Of a stretch of 64,000 nt of DNA, positions 12,601-25,364 are shown piece after piece (position 1 is the first letter of the stretch; each line of letters starts with the position of its first letter). The stretch covers positions 1 through 64,000 of the forward strand of contig JAQGDQ010000075.1 in assembly GCA_030141605.1 (NCBI GenBank), written 5' to 3'. The notes below the pieces were generated by a model. It was not told where the DNA came from. It made no database searches and was given only the letters and a program-made list of their open reading frames with translations. This DNA comes from Tubiluchus corallicola (lineage: Eukaryota; Animalia; Priapulida). The translations under genes were made by a program, and so were the position numbers.

Positions 12601-15600
12601 ACGGATACTCAGAATACAACGAGAAAGGGTAATCATTTAATAAAAGCAATAGTTACCATTGGAATGGTAATTATTCTGAATCTCTATTACATTATGTTCA
12701 GAAATAAAACTCCCAGAGTGTTTTTCCTCGTCTAAAATTCATTTTTCTGTCTCTTTGAAGTCCTGAAGGTGTCAAAATCATCATAGTGAGATACGTGTGG
12801 TAACTCCTGTCTTGGTCTAAAGCATTCACAGTAGCAATCTGTCTTGCAAGTGCGGTGACTTTAATGTCTATGTCCTGAATTTACTTCTTTCGTACGGCTG
12901 AGTACCGAAAAAACTGAAGTCGTCATGCAAGTTGCAGTCTTAAGTTCCAGAGGTCATCGCAGTAAGATTTCCGGATGAAGCATGCATTAATCTGGCTCCG
13001 CAGCTAGAATTTTGTTATCACTGTGGGATCCCAGGACAGCCAAAGTCATCCCGCCACAGTTTTAAATAGCGACTTCGTAAGATTCAAAACAAAGTACATA
13101 AGTTAAATTCAATCAGAATACATGTATTGGCAGTAACTATTTTATAGAGAAATGGGAGGATTATCTTGAAAGTCTAAGTTGTAGGCCCTGCAGCAGTTTT
13201 GCTTGGTTTTAAATTTAAAACATATCATGGGATATTCACTGTAATAGTACGAGGGTTTGTCTTCGCAATTTTTTGTTTGAAGCCCCGATTCACACCCACT
13301 AAATTTGCATATATAAGTTGAGTAAATAATATTTAGTTGCCTACTGTCAAGCCTTAATTGTTCCGTAAAGCATAAGTTGAAGAGCAGTAGCAGACTTGAC
13401 ATCTCGACGAATAACTCACTTTTTCATTTTTTCGGTGTTTTTCTTTTTATGAAAACTGATTTAGGACAGAATCGGCGTTCGGACAGAATACACATGTATG
13501 TAGAACAAATTAAATATAACAAATCCTCTGCACATTGATACCTGATTAGCATTTGTTATATTTGCTATTATAATAACGGTGTTTATATATTTTCAATTTT
13601 ATTACTATATTTTACTGCAGATCTCACCAACTTTCTGACGCTTTTCTCTTTCTATTCCTTTTTTTTCTGAAAAACTCTAGTCACTCTATATACTCTATAG
13701 TAGGTTCAGTGGATCTTCAACTCGACCAACGTATTTTGTTCATCAAACGTTGAAAAATTTACGTTAGAAATTAAAGGAGAAGAAAGGAAATTTTAAAGTG
13801 TATCCCAAAAAGCTTTCCAAACAAAGTTATATCACTGGTCAATACGTTTGTCTGTTTGAAAGACGTATACAGTGTGTAATTGGAAAAGAAAATTCTTAAT
13901 ATTTTAAAGCCACCGCTATAACGGCTTTATTTGATTTAAAACTTATTCGCGCTGTTGGTAACCACTTTATCACCACTTTGTAACACTAGCTCACCAAAAA
14001 AACAAATTATTGATCTTAATGACAATACAAGGTAATTTATACTTTTGCTTATAATACTTAGTGAAGCTACGAATGCCCTAATTATTTTTTCATCTTTACG
14101 CAATGCTATCTGAATTTGTTTCAGACGACTTGCGTTAAAATGGCCACGTTTAGCGGTCATTGTTACTGTAAATTTACAAGTTTTATATATCGTTACTGCC
14201 AACGCAAGCTCTGTCTTACGTAAATAATGCGTAATTTCAAAAAACGAATTTTTAAGCTTCTTTTTACAAAGAGTATTTTCTTGTCCTTTTTAGCACTTTG
14301 ACATCTCTGCTAAAAGATGTACACCTGTACTTTTCTTGAACTAGTCTGATTATTACAGTAAGCCATTAGCATCAGGTTATGTTGTGTCTGACTACTTCCC
14401 TGGTGTTTAACGAAGTATGGGAGAGGAAGTATTTCGCTTAAATTTATTTAGTAAACCGAACCATTCATCGTTTTCAAGTCTATGGTTTTGACACCAGAGT
14501 ACAATTTTACACCCACGTCGCACGTGCGCTCTCCGAGGGGCACATCCACGTGTGAAGGAATTTCATTGTGGTTACATGTCCAACTGTCATAATTCTGGCC
14601 ACGTGTCCTGGGCTTACAATGTATTGTGTATGTATCACCTGTTTTTGTCATTCCACAGCAGATTGTCACAAACGCCCCCTACAGAAATGCGTGCAAATCA
14701 AAACGAATATTAGCGTCGCTCTGCAATAATCTAGTTACCAGAATCACACGTTAACAAAATACTGTAATAAACGGCAGAAACGCTTGTATATTACACGAAA
14801 CTATTTACAACCATCTTTAACGTGTAGTTGCGGATCTGTGGTGACAGCCTAGTCGGTTGTTTCATTTTTTACATATACATGTACATACAACTTTTTTTAT
14901 TATTTAACGCATGACGCAAGTGAAAGAAATACAGTTTTAACAAAAATCGAAAACCAATAATAATTAAAGCATTTCTGCGTTTTTTCGACTGTTACGAAAA
15001 TTAAAATTACACAAGCAGCATGTCAAATATTTTACATGAGCTTAACTAATAGTTATAATAATTTGAATTAACTTGTTTAGTTATTATGAAACGTTTAATT
15101 AACAGAATTTAATTTACTTCAATCAAGGACGTAGGCCCTACAGTGAGAGATTTATCAATTTCTTTTAGATTATTGATAATTTAATATATTTAACGTTCCT
15201 TCCTCCCTTTATTTATTCATTTGTTCATTCATTTATATAATTATTTTAGTAAAGGATTCAACATTTATTTTGGTTACAGTCTTGTAATGAAATTTATTTT
15301 TGCTAAACATTCTGGGCAGACAGTGTTGCTAGATAATTACAACGACTGTAGCGGGTTTATAGGCCTAAGATATGCCTCTCTCACATCATTGTCGGGGTTT
15401 GTTCCTGCTGCGAGTTATAATTACAATGACGGCGATGACGATAGTTTGCTGACAAGTCCGTGCGATGATTAAAATACTGTTTAAGAGAGTAACAACTGAT
15501 TTTTCTGCGAGTGAATAATAACGGATTAAATTTAATTGATATAATAATGATAGCTATAGCTATAGCGATGCTGATGATGGTGAAAATGATGATGATGGTG

Positions 15601-15654
15601 ATGATGATAATTATAATGATGACGATAATAATATTATAGCAAGTTTGTTAAAGA

Positions 15655-15865
15655 ACAATACAACACAGTACAATACAATACAATACAATACAATACAATA
15701 CAATACAATACAATACAATACAATACAATACAATACAATACAATACAATACAATACAATACAATACAATACAATACAATTCCATACAATACAATACAATA
15801 CAATACAATACAATACAATACCACACAATACAATACAATACAATACAATACAATGCAATGCAATG
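15655..15865. repeat. (ACAAT)n pentanucleotide microsatellite
   Basis: About 40 near-perfect units; source of the YNTIQ/CIVLY ORFs. Confidence 0.97.
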
Positions 15866-16089
15866 TAAATAAAGAACCACACATTACACAAAAACATCCC
15901 AGCAACTGCATACAATTGTCGCATTGAAACAGTAAAAACACACAAGTTCAACAGTTTACAATATTTACACATTTACAAAAATAATATAATTACAATAATG
16001 TACTATCGGTTGAATTTCATTTTCTGTGATTAAGTTTAATTTTCCTTCCTTAAAAAAGTCTAAATAATATAATTTGAAACTAAATTTGC

Positions 16090-16560
16090 AAGTTCACAAT
16101 CAATTCCGTACATTCCATGAGTATACTTTTCGTCTTCAATTTTTTGGCCATTTCAAAAATAGCATAGTCTATTGTTAAGGGAGATTTTAGCTTTGGTGTG
16201 TCGGCCTTTCTCAATAAGAAGGTTGTGTGAGCGAATACGCAATCTTGTAAAGTTTGATCTTTTAACGGCATTTTTATTAGCAAGAAGCATCATTCTTCTA
16301 CGACCTCGTTTTCAAACTTGGACTATTATCGTAAATTGTTCAGCTCTTTAATAGTTTTACCAGTTTCTTTGGTGAAGTTTTCCTTCGGTGATTTTGATAG
16401 TTAATTTAAAGTTTTGATTTTAGTAACTTGATAAATTGTTTGGAGCTAATGGACTCTGTACTTTGAGCTTCCCATATATGTGAGATCCTGTATGACCTAA
16501 AATATTTCTAATAAATTTTAACCAACAGTTGGTATTGTTTTGTAGAAGCTGGACATTTTG
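16090..16560 (-). mobile_element. 5'-truncated, decayed LINE (ORF2 C-terminal region; CR1/L2/Crack-like, clade uncertain)
   Basis: Minus-strand frames give NCWLKFIRNILGHTG.HI and RSNFTRLRIRSHNLLIEKGRHTKAKISLNNRLCYF*NGQKIEDEK then (frameshift) LMEC. This matches the R.R.S.H.L.IE.GR...RLC..C...EDE.H.L..C pattern of non-LTR ORF2 C-termini. Boundaries approximate. Confidence 0.75.
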
Positions 16561-17689
16561 CAGTTTGTTTGATATACTAATGAGCTTGGTAGATCATTCA
16601 CTATTCTTGACGACGATGACAGAGATGAGAGCAATACAAACGCTGTAAACAAACGAACGAATGAACGAACAAACAGACGTACACGTATGACTAAATCGTG
16701 TATTAATGTTTGTAGTTTAGCTATTGTAACTGTTGAAGTTCTGGGTGAAATGCACGATTATTAACTGCAAATGAATCTCACTAAATTACAAGGTTAGCAT
16801 CATTCGTTCACTTTCAGCAACCATCTGCCCTTGACTATAATAATAACAGGAGATCAAGCGCCCGAGTCCAGTTTAATGATACACCAGGCGAAGAAGCCTC
16901 ATCGCCAATGTTTGCACTGAGCCTACCAGCGAGTTATCTCTGTCTAATAGTCGTCTTCACTGTATTTGCTTGCTCTGACCCTGTGAATGCAATCTGATTG
17001 CGGTCATTTATAGATGACAGGAGATACCGACTGGGACAGATTAGGAAGACGATGGGGGTAATGATGGATACGGCTCAAGCTTAGTTTGCTCAGAAAAGCG
17101 ATCACTGCGTTTACGAAGACTGGTAGATTTACTTGTTGGCGGTGCCGTTGCGCACCGAAAAAAAGATAATACTAGCTTACATTGTGGAGTGTTGTTGTTT
17201 CTAATTAGAAATTACTGGACGAAATGTATTACTGTCCTGCGGATCGATATTTGGTCTTTGGCTACAGATTTTGTTTTTTTTCATAATAAACATTCCGTAG
17301 CTACAGTAATTTATGTTACAAATTATGAAATCAGGCTTTGAGTCGTCTGTATAGCCTGCTCATCGGGAGCAGCCCATTGGTGTTTATTACTTCACTCAAA
17401 TAGGCACATTTTTTTGTATCCCAGTCTGATTTATAAATTATTGACAGTTTAAGACATCTAAATTCCGTAAAGTTAATTGTAGATTCAGATCTAAAAGAAG
17501 AAGCGTAATAGATTTTTTTTCATTTCAAGAATTGATGAAAGCGTAGGCTACTCGAAATATACGTACCAAATCGTGTGCATCCTTCATGCTGACTTACGTA
17601 CATTTTCGAAGTTGGTAAATACTAAAAGCGAATTTTGAACAATGATGATTATGATGTATACTGTGTGCCCGAGATAATGTTTTGAAGCC

Positions 17690-17803
17690 CAACTATAATG
17701 AGGTAGCACCAATGAACACGCTGCGCATGCGTACAGGTAAAAGCAGAATAGCTGCGGAGTCTGTGGGACGGCGTGCACAGTTCAACCGATAGCTTCTCGA
17801 ATT
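17690..17803 (+). promoter_or_regulatory. Candidate promoter/5' UTR of the PRDM3/16 gene
   Basis: Locally CG-rich segment just upstream of the ATG, with CCAAT (17709-17713) and an NRF1-like TGCGCATGCGTA (17722-17733). The transcription start cannot be fixed from sequence alone. Confidence 0.45.
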
Positions 17804-17840
17804 ATGCGTTCCAAGGGAAAAGCAAGGAGGCTAGAACCAA
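17804..17840 (+). CDS. PRDM3/16: PRDM3/16 (MECOM/PRDM16/hamlet family) first coding exon
   Basis: ATG CGT TCC AAG GGA AAA GCA AGG AGG CTA GAA CCA A|gtaagt = MRSKGKARRLEP, resembling vertebrate MECOM MRSKGRARKLA and PRDM16 MRSKARARKLA. Consensus donor; phase 1 matches the acceptor at 50502. Confidence 0.9.
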
Positions 17841-20800
17841 GTAAGTTAAATTACTCTTCTCTGTTTAATAGAAAGTGTGCAAGTATGCATTTCTGATTTC
17901 TATTAAATCATTTGCATGGCCGTTGGATAATATGAGGGTTCGTGTTATGCGAAATGTGTTATTGTGATTGTCTGTAATAAGTCTGTAAATTGCGATAACA
18001 CTCGAGAATTTTCTACATGCTTATTAGCTTGAATAAGAATCTCCAACACCTATAGGTGTATAAGTAATTGTTCAATTTGTTCTAGTCTTTGTGATGTTGA
18101 TTAAGTTTTTAGAGAAGTCGATATGGCTTGGAGTGACGGAATAAAATGATAATTTTTTAAGGGTTACCGTTCAATGTCAAACGTGCATTTCGTCTCTTCT
18201 CTTCGCAAGAATTTCCGAAGAAAAGAAAAAAAGAAGAGAATTCGATTATAAGATAGGTCAAGGTATTTTGATGATAGTTACATGCTTCTTTGTAAATTCA
18301 ACAGAGTTTTTTTTTTTGTAAAACGTTGTCTGTTACCAATATTATTTGGTCAGTAATGTGTTTATCATTTTCGTTCACGAATGCATATGTTAATAATCTG
18401 CTGTTTTTGTAAGACTGGTCCATCATTGCGGCTACACATTTTACATGTACTACAATTTTGACACAGTATTTTGCTTTTTTCTGCGTAGTCCTATATACAT
18501 GAGAAACTGAACGACTTGATTTTTAATTGAACCCCTGACGAGGACGAATATTAAAATGTAAAATTTATTGGCGCTTTTGAATAAATTAATTAGTTATACT
18601 GCAAATAAACAAACAAATTCTATAATTTACACAGCTAAATTCACATGATGAGCTTACAATAAATAGCACTAATATTTTGTAATAAGTAATTTAACAACTG
18701 ATTGATAAAAGGCTATACCATATAGTTTCTTTTACAAAATGAACACTATATAGCAGTGCAACTGACTTTCACTTTACAGGCCTTTACGTCATTATAGGAT
18801 TCAACTGAAAAGTTAGATTGCTGATTTTACAAGTTAAAACAAATGGGCTTATTAAAATTAAAGGAACAGTTAATTAAAAAATGAAAAATCAAATATCTAT
18901 AAAAATTTGAGCGGCCACAAAAGTTGGCTTAGAAAGCAATAATCGATTAGCAGAAATATGCCGTTAGTTTAAGACCAGTTAATTATAGTTGTATGTGCGT
19001 TAAAATTGATGTAGAATGAGCTAATTTAGCAAATTAATAAACAACAAAAGTAAATTGCGATCAAAAGCAACTCGAAAGATACTAAATAGATATTTTAATC
19101 TTTAACTATAATTATCTTTTGGTCTCGTCAAAGGTGTCAAATTTATGAAACCAAAAGTACTGATAATTTATCAGCACAAGATTTACCTTATTTACTGACA
19201 ATATTCCTATTCTTCTCGTCAATACTCAGAGTGAAACCAGTCATCATATATTATCTTGTATAATTTAACCATTATCCGTGACAGTTGAGCTTAAACCATT
19301 TACTTTTATTATCATCATTCTATTCTGTTTTTCATTAATGGAACATAAAACTGCATAGATATAAAAGTAGAGATGACAGTATATATCATCGGTATCTCTG
19401 TAAAAAGCAGCAACAATTTCACGCTTAATGGACTGCCAGCAGTGCATTAGTTCTATATTATGAATATGATTAAGCCTATAATTGTTATTGTTGATAAAGT
19501 TGAAGAATGCTATGAAATTTAAATTACAATAAAAACAAAAGCTTTAATGTCAATTACATGAAAAGTATTTTTCGAAAACTTAACAATTTTGAGGCGATTT
19601 TTGGTTTTGTTTGTTTGTGAGTGATGGGAAACCTATTTCAGCTTTTTGTCAGTTGTCCTTTTATAATCTGAAATTGTATTGTGTGCACATATTACACTTT
19701 CTTGCAGTAATAGATCTACTCATTTGCATACTAAGCTACCATATAGTTTATAACTGTAGTGTACAATCGTTATTGGCCACAAGGGTGAATTTGTTTGTTA
19801 CTCGCCTCGCACAAATCGCCTACCTAAGGACGGTAGCGGCTACATTTAGGTTATAATGGCAGAATAATATTTCCAACGCATCATAATAAAACTTGAATGC
19901 GCTAAAATATGTTTAGGCCTACTTTATAGTAGGGGACAAGTGCTCCTGCACCAAAATTTCCCTCATTCAGTCATCCAAATACCAACCAGAGCAAATGACG
20001 ACATTTGTTCCACTCTTTTTTGTATTTCAAATTAAAATTAGGTGATCCATATCGTTTGCTTTTTTAACAAAACTAGCATAACAGCACATTGTTTTTTTGA
20101 GGAAAACTTGAAACACAGTATGCAGTACTATTGTGATGATGTGTACTAAAATTAGATTACAAATTTCTTTCATGAGACCGTTTTCTGCTGGTTATACAAC
20201 AGATCAGAGAGTCGATAGAGTTATTGGACAGGTGACACGCCGCCAGCTGCTGATATAGCGTGTCTTAACTTTTTGAATGCTGCTTATTTAAAAACGAAGC
20301 CTGAAATTCAAATCTTTTTTTACAAATTTGCATATCGAAAACTAAAGTTGATGAACGTAGGGTATGCGAATAAACTAATGTTCATGAACTAAAAGTTGTC
20401 CAACTCGAACAGTTATTTTTAAGTGTTTTTTCCCAATTCGAGTATTATTCTGCAGGGTAAATGCGACATGTCAACACCTATAACATTAATCACGTGTCAG
20501 TGATTTCTTAACGTGACTTCTTGCTCAGAATGGGGTAATCATAGGAAACGTAATTTGACAATCTCAGTAGCTTGTGCACGCTGTTTCTGAAATTGTTCAT
20601 TGCATTGAATACGTAATCCACAATCATAGGAAATAGTCTCGAGTAGGTATCAGAACTCCGAACTACTGACCTGCATTTTATGTTCCATGAAACTAGTCTA
20701 ATGAAATTCTGCGGCATTTACTGGAATTATAATATTAATTTTTCTTATTGCATTCCTTCGATAGTTATTAGAAAATTTTCGTTTTCAACTCAGACTTGAT

Positions 20801-20884
20801 GTTTTTTCGTACACAGGACCTAATCAGGGCCTGACTTTTGAGATTACGCCATCTTCTAAAGGATTAAAAGGACATTGTAGTGAT

Positions 20885-20945
20885 TCATGATGGTGACGAC
20901 GACGACGACGACGACGACGATGATGATAACGATAATGATGATCTA
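20885..20945. repeat. (GAC/GAT)n trinucleotide repeat
   Basis: Direct reading. Confidence 0.9.
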
Positions 20946-22776
20946 GATGACACTACCATCATTATTAAATTTAAAACACACGGTGATTTGACTTTGGATT
21001 TACTGATTACGCCTGCTAACTTTACCATACAATTATTCTTGTATCATGGCAAAAAAAAATTGATTCAAGCAAAGTACTGGGCTGATGTTTTACGTACTGT
21101 GGATAGCTGGCTGCACTGTTCGGGCAGAGTCTAAATTAAGGTCAGTGATGCTTCTATTCCAATAGACAATGGCGTGGCTTATGGGTGAACATCCAATTAT
21201 GCTATTCCTGATCTACGTCAGAATCTTTGTTTTGAGGTCTGTCAGCTATTGTTTGGCGGGTGTAACCGTCATGTCTGGTAATCAACAGGAGTATGCAATC
21301 ACTATCTAGGTACTGTTATTCAGGAGTAATTAGAAGGCCACTATGTTTAGAGCCATCTGTGATCTTGACTGTTGAGGTCCGTCATAGCAAATTTAAGAAA
21401 TTGCATTCAGGTTTACCGGCTAAACGTCACAGATGCCTTTTGATATGCTTATGTAAGTAGAAAATTATGTATATTATATATTTGTATAATATTATATAAT
21501 TATATATATTATATATTAACTGATTTAGCAAGATGTTTTGACATTTAAGTTAATTTGAATAGATTCTTCCATCTAAATTCTGAATTTTTGACAAAATCAT
21601 AAAATTCGTTACATATCCTTAGAGACTGATATCGCCAATACTCAGACGGCTTGTTTGCGGTATTATATTGATTTATTCTGTGAATTTTTCTCTATTTGTA
21701 TGCTGTGTGTGAGCACTTTTTTAATTTGTGCTAAATAAATAAATAAAAAAATAAATAAATAAATAATGTGACATGTTGCTGAAGTTTCAGGACTAGTGCA
21801 CTAAGACACAAGGAAGGGATATACAGCAGGAAAGTTGTCATTTTTATGTGGTTGTTCCATTATTGTATATGTGGTTTACTCTACTTTGAAATAAGCGCAT
21901 GCAAGTGATTACCATAATGGTTGTAGCACCATAAGCATAATCACTTCCTAACTTTCACACAAATAAAAAATATATTTGCACAGTATCATTGGATTTTATT
22001 ACATGGGCTTTCAAAATGGATCTTTCCCTAAATATGAAATTAAATAAGTTGAATTAAAATTGACACATGCGGTGAGCCTGCGTCCCTTTGTGAATAATGG
22101 TTTGATCGGCCTAGGTTAATTTAAGCGGAATGAGGACCAGGCTCTGGACAGATAACTGATAACTGTGAATCCGCGTAAACACCCGGCAGCCGCTGGAAAG
22201 AATTGTTTTCCAAACACTTGCCTCATTTGTGAGACTGCTGGACAAAAAGTTTGTGTACCTATCATAATTGTATGCATCTGGGAGGAACTTCTCTCACCCC
22301 AGAGGAAAATTCCTGACCGTTATGTCTGTGTTCTTTGTTCAACATGCGGCTAATATAGTTGATGACCACGTGTCGAGATTAAATACATATTACAGGCGCT
22401 TTTTATGATATTTTGAACTTGTTTTCTGTAAAAATGAAACCATTTATTGTCATTTTAATCTTTAGCTGCAGTCTGATAATTATGAAGATGGGGTAGTAAC
22501 TTTGGTAGTATTGTTGTTAATTAAAAATGTTCGGTGATGGTGATAGGGCTGATGTTGTTGCTGCTGCAGCTGCTGCTATTATTGTTGATGATGGTGCTAG
22601 TGGTGGTGAAGTTGACGATTATAATAATGATGGCAGTGGTGGTTTCAAAACCCAATAGTAATGATAACGTTGTTGCAATTTGCAATCCTGTTTGAGATGT
22701 TGATGATGACGATGGTAATACTGAAAATGTTGATAACTGGTGTAATTTTATTGTACTGTCGGTAAGGGATTTAATA

Positions 22777-22811
22777 TTGTTGTTGCTGTTGTTGCTCTTG
22801 TTCTTGTTGTT

Positions 22812-22871
<60 letters not shown>

Positions 22872-22920
22872 GGTGGTGGTGGTGGTGGTGGTGGTGATGA
22901 TGATAATAATGATGATGACG
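22777..22920. repeat. Compound (GTT)n(GGT)n(GAT)n microsatellite
   Basis: Direct reading; preceded by a degenerate trinucleotide region from about 22500. Confidence 0.95.
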
Positions 22921-25267
22921 AGAAAGTGTAATAATGGCACTGCCTGCAATTTTCAAAAGCGGAAAACAGCAACTGCTAAAGATGACTATGACTGTAATAA
23001 AATATGATATTACTTTGGCGTCTCTTTAATACTTTTTTTCAAGTTTTTCTGGTTTCTGGAATTTCCTGCTTACGATCCTGGCCCCGCCAATTTGCAGAAT
23101 GGTTCAAACCCAACTTGTGTTGAATTTCACTGAAATCACATGCGCAGCGCAGACACAAATACAACTTTTAGATAACTGCTTGTGTTTTGCTTCAATTAAG
23201 GATGATACTGATCCTTCACTGATGTTTACAATACCAACATGAAACATCTGATCCCCACTGATTCTGTTAATTTAACATGCTTTCCGGTTCTGTTTTGGCT
23301 GTTTGCAAAACTGCGCAAACTGAAAGCAGACGATCGTGTCCACGTTAATGATGTGGAAAGTAGTGATGATGGGAATGTAGTGTTATCACTGTACGTCTTT
23401 CCTTTCTTGTGATCATTACAGTGATGTAATCACTATACTTACTTGTTTTTACTTACTTTTCTTGTGTGCTCATATAAGTAAAATAATTCATCTTAATAAA
23501 TGTCGTATATCCTATGCCTTTCTTTCAAATGTCTGTAAAATGGCTTTAAATTTCGATTTTTTTCATAATTACTAAAGTTGCTTATAAGCAATAGTCAACC
23601 GTATACATTATATAATTTAACTTTTCCTATAAAATGAATAAAATCGATGAATAAATGTTATTAAATCCATTCTTCCAGCAAGAATAATTATTACAGACAA
23701 CGGTCAAATGTTTGTCTGAATCATCCGGCCAGTTACGAAAACAACTCGACATCCGCATCCCTGGTTAGGTAACCCTGGTCACTTTTGCTTGAGGAGTAGG
23801 CTAATTTTTTTCGAAATCTTATCTTAAATCAACTCGTTTAGGTTCCTGAGCAGGGCTGGTAACATGATGGCACATTCAGTCACAGTGTGAACCCATCAGT
23901 TTTCCATCACGTTGCCATGGTTTTCTAAAAAGTGATAACTTTTATCTTGCATCGACCAAATTTAATTCTGATTAATTATTTCATGTATTTCGCTGCTATA
24001 TTTACAGTGCAATTTAGTTTCGCATTGTAAAGTTACAAGCATTGTCAAACTTGGAATGTTAATCAATATCACAGTACTAAATGTAGAAATTGGATGTGGC
24101 ACTTTGGGCGTTTGTTCTTTATAGTTGGTTAGGTAACTAAATCAAAGTGAGTTCTATCAAGTCACTAACCTATATGAATCTCGAAAATCAATAAGATTAT
24201 CTGTGACAGATAATTTATTCTGTGACAAGTATTGTATTTATCTAGTCTTATATTTAGAGCTAAATTGTTATTTACGCTATTTAATAGGCTGACGAGTTCT
24301 TCTTGTTAAAGTGTCAAACCTGATATCTTTTTACTTCATTCTGGTATTCAGAAAAGAAATTCTTGTGTTCAACAAAATCTGAGCAGAACTTCCTCTCACA
24401 GGATTGATCGAATCATCATTCTAAGTTCGAGATAACTGAGAAACTCATCCAGCTAATTTCGCAGGGTGCCTGATTAGGGATGCTGGAGTGTTGTGACCTG
24501 ATATTTCGGGTGCGTCTTAGGAAATCTAGGAAAACAAACCCAGGAGATGATGTATAAACAGCATTTTTACAGAGTAAGAATCAGTTTGCTTATTAGAGCA
24601 GGACAGGAATACTTCTCAGACACAGCTGTCAGTTGCACGAGCTATAAGGCATCTCTGCACTATGGCATGGTTCGCTATTTTTGCATATCTGTTTTAGTGT
24701 TATTCTTGGAGGTTAGTTGGGGATCGGTGTCTCGGTGGGACGCAAAACATTCGACGTGTTTACGTAGTGCTGTTGTTGGTTTTTTGGTTAATAATATTTT
24801 ATGACACAAAATTAGCGAGATGCAAAGTACGCTCACGTAGACGCGTGCGCATCAATACGCAAGCCGCGGGAGGTAGGTCTGATATAGGTTGCCATCGTGG
24901 GCACAGGTTACCCGGTTAGAGACATGTCTGCAGATTCAGACAGTCAGGAGTCTGAATTAATTCTAGTAAAAACAAGTTTATAGAACTCATATATAGAGCT
25001 CAAAAAAGTTCATAGGACTCGGATCAAAAGTTAAGCAAACCTGCCTCTGGCAAGTACTTGGGTGGGTAATGTACCGGTCAGTTTCATAATTAGGGAATTT
25101 TTGCGATTTGAGGTGAAATGCTACGCCTCAAAGAAAGGTAAACCGAGTGAGAAAAATAGAATGTAACTGAACGAGATTTAGAAGAATTGAGTGAGTGAAA
25201 GAGCGAGAAAAAAGAATAAATAGTGCGAGAGAAGTAACGATCTTTAATATCTTTTTTGGAGGACAAA

Positions 25268-25269
<2 letters not shown>

Positions 25270-25362
<93 letters not shown>
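25270..25362. repeat. (GA)n dinucleotide microsatellite
   Basis: About 46 perfect units. Confidence 0.98.

Positions 25363-25364
<2 letters not shown>

Larger units (their letters stand above)
7857..13312. repeat. Right arm of large inverted duplication
   Basis: Reverse complement of 1-5499 with scattered substitutions and small indels (5456 vs 5499 nt). Confidence 0.97.

Noticed and set aside
1-13312. Reading the inverted arms as terminal repeats of a giant transposon (Foldback/Polinton-like)
   Set aside because: The arms consist of host gene exons, intron and flank; no transposase, integrase or polymerase lies between them.
15611-15972. ORFs with CIVLY/YNTIQ repeats
   Set aside because: Translations of the (ACAAT)n microsatellite.
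21630-21767. Possible LINE 3' end with (AAAT)n tail
   Set aside because: No coding remnant recognised; too weak to call.
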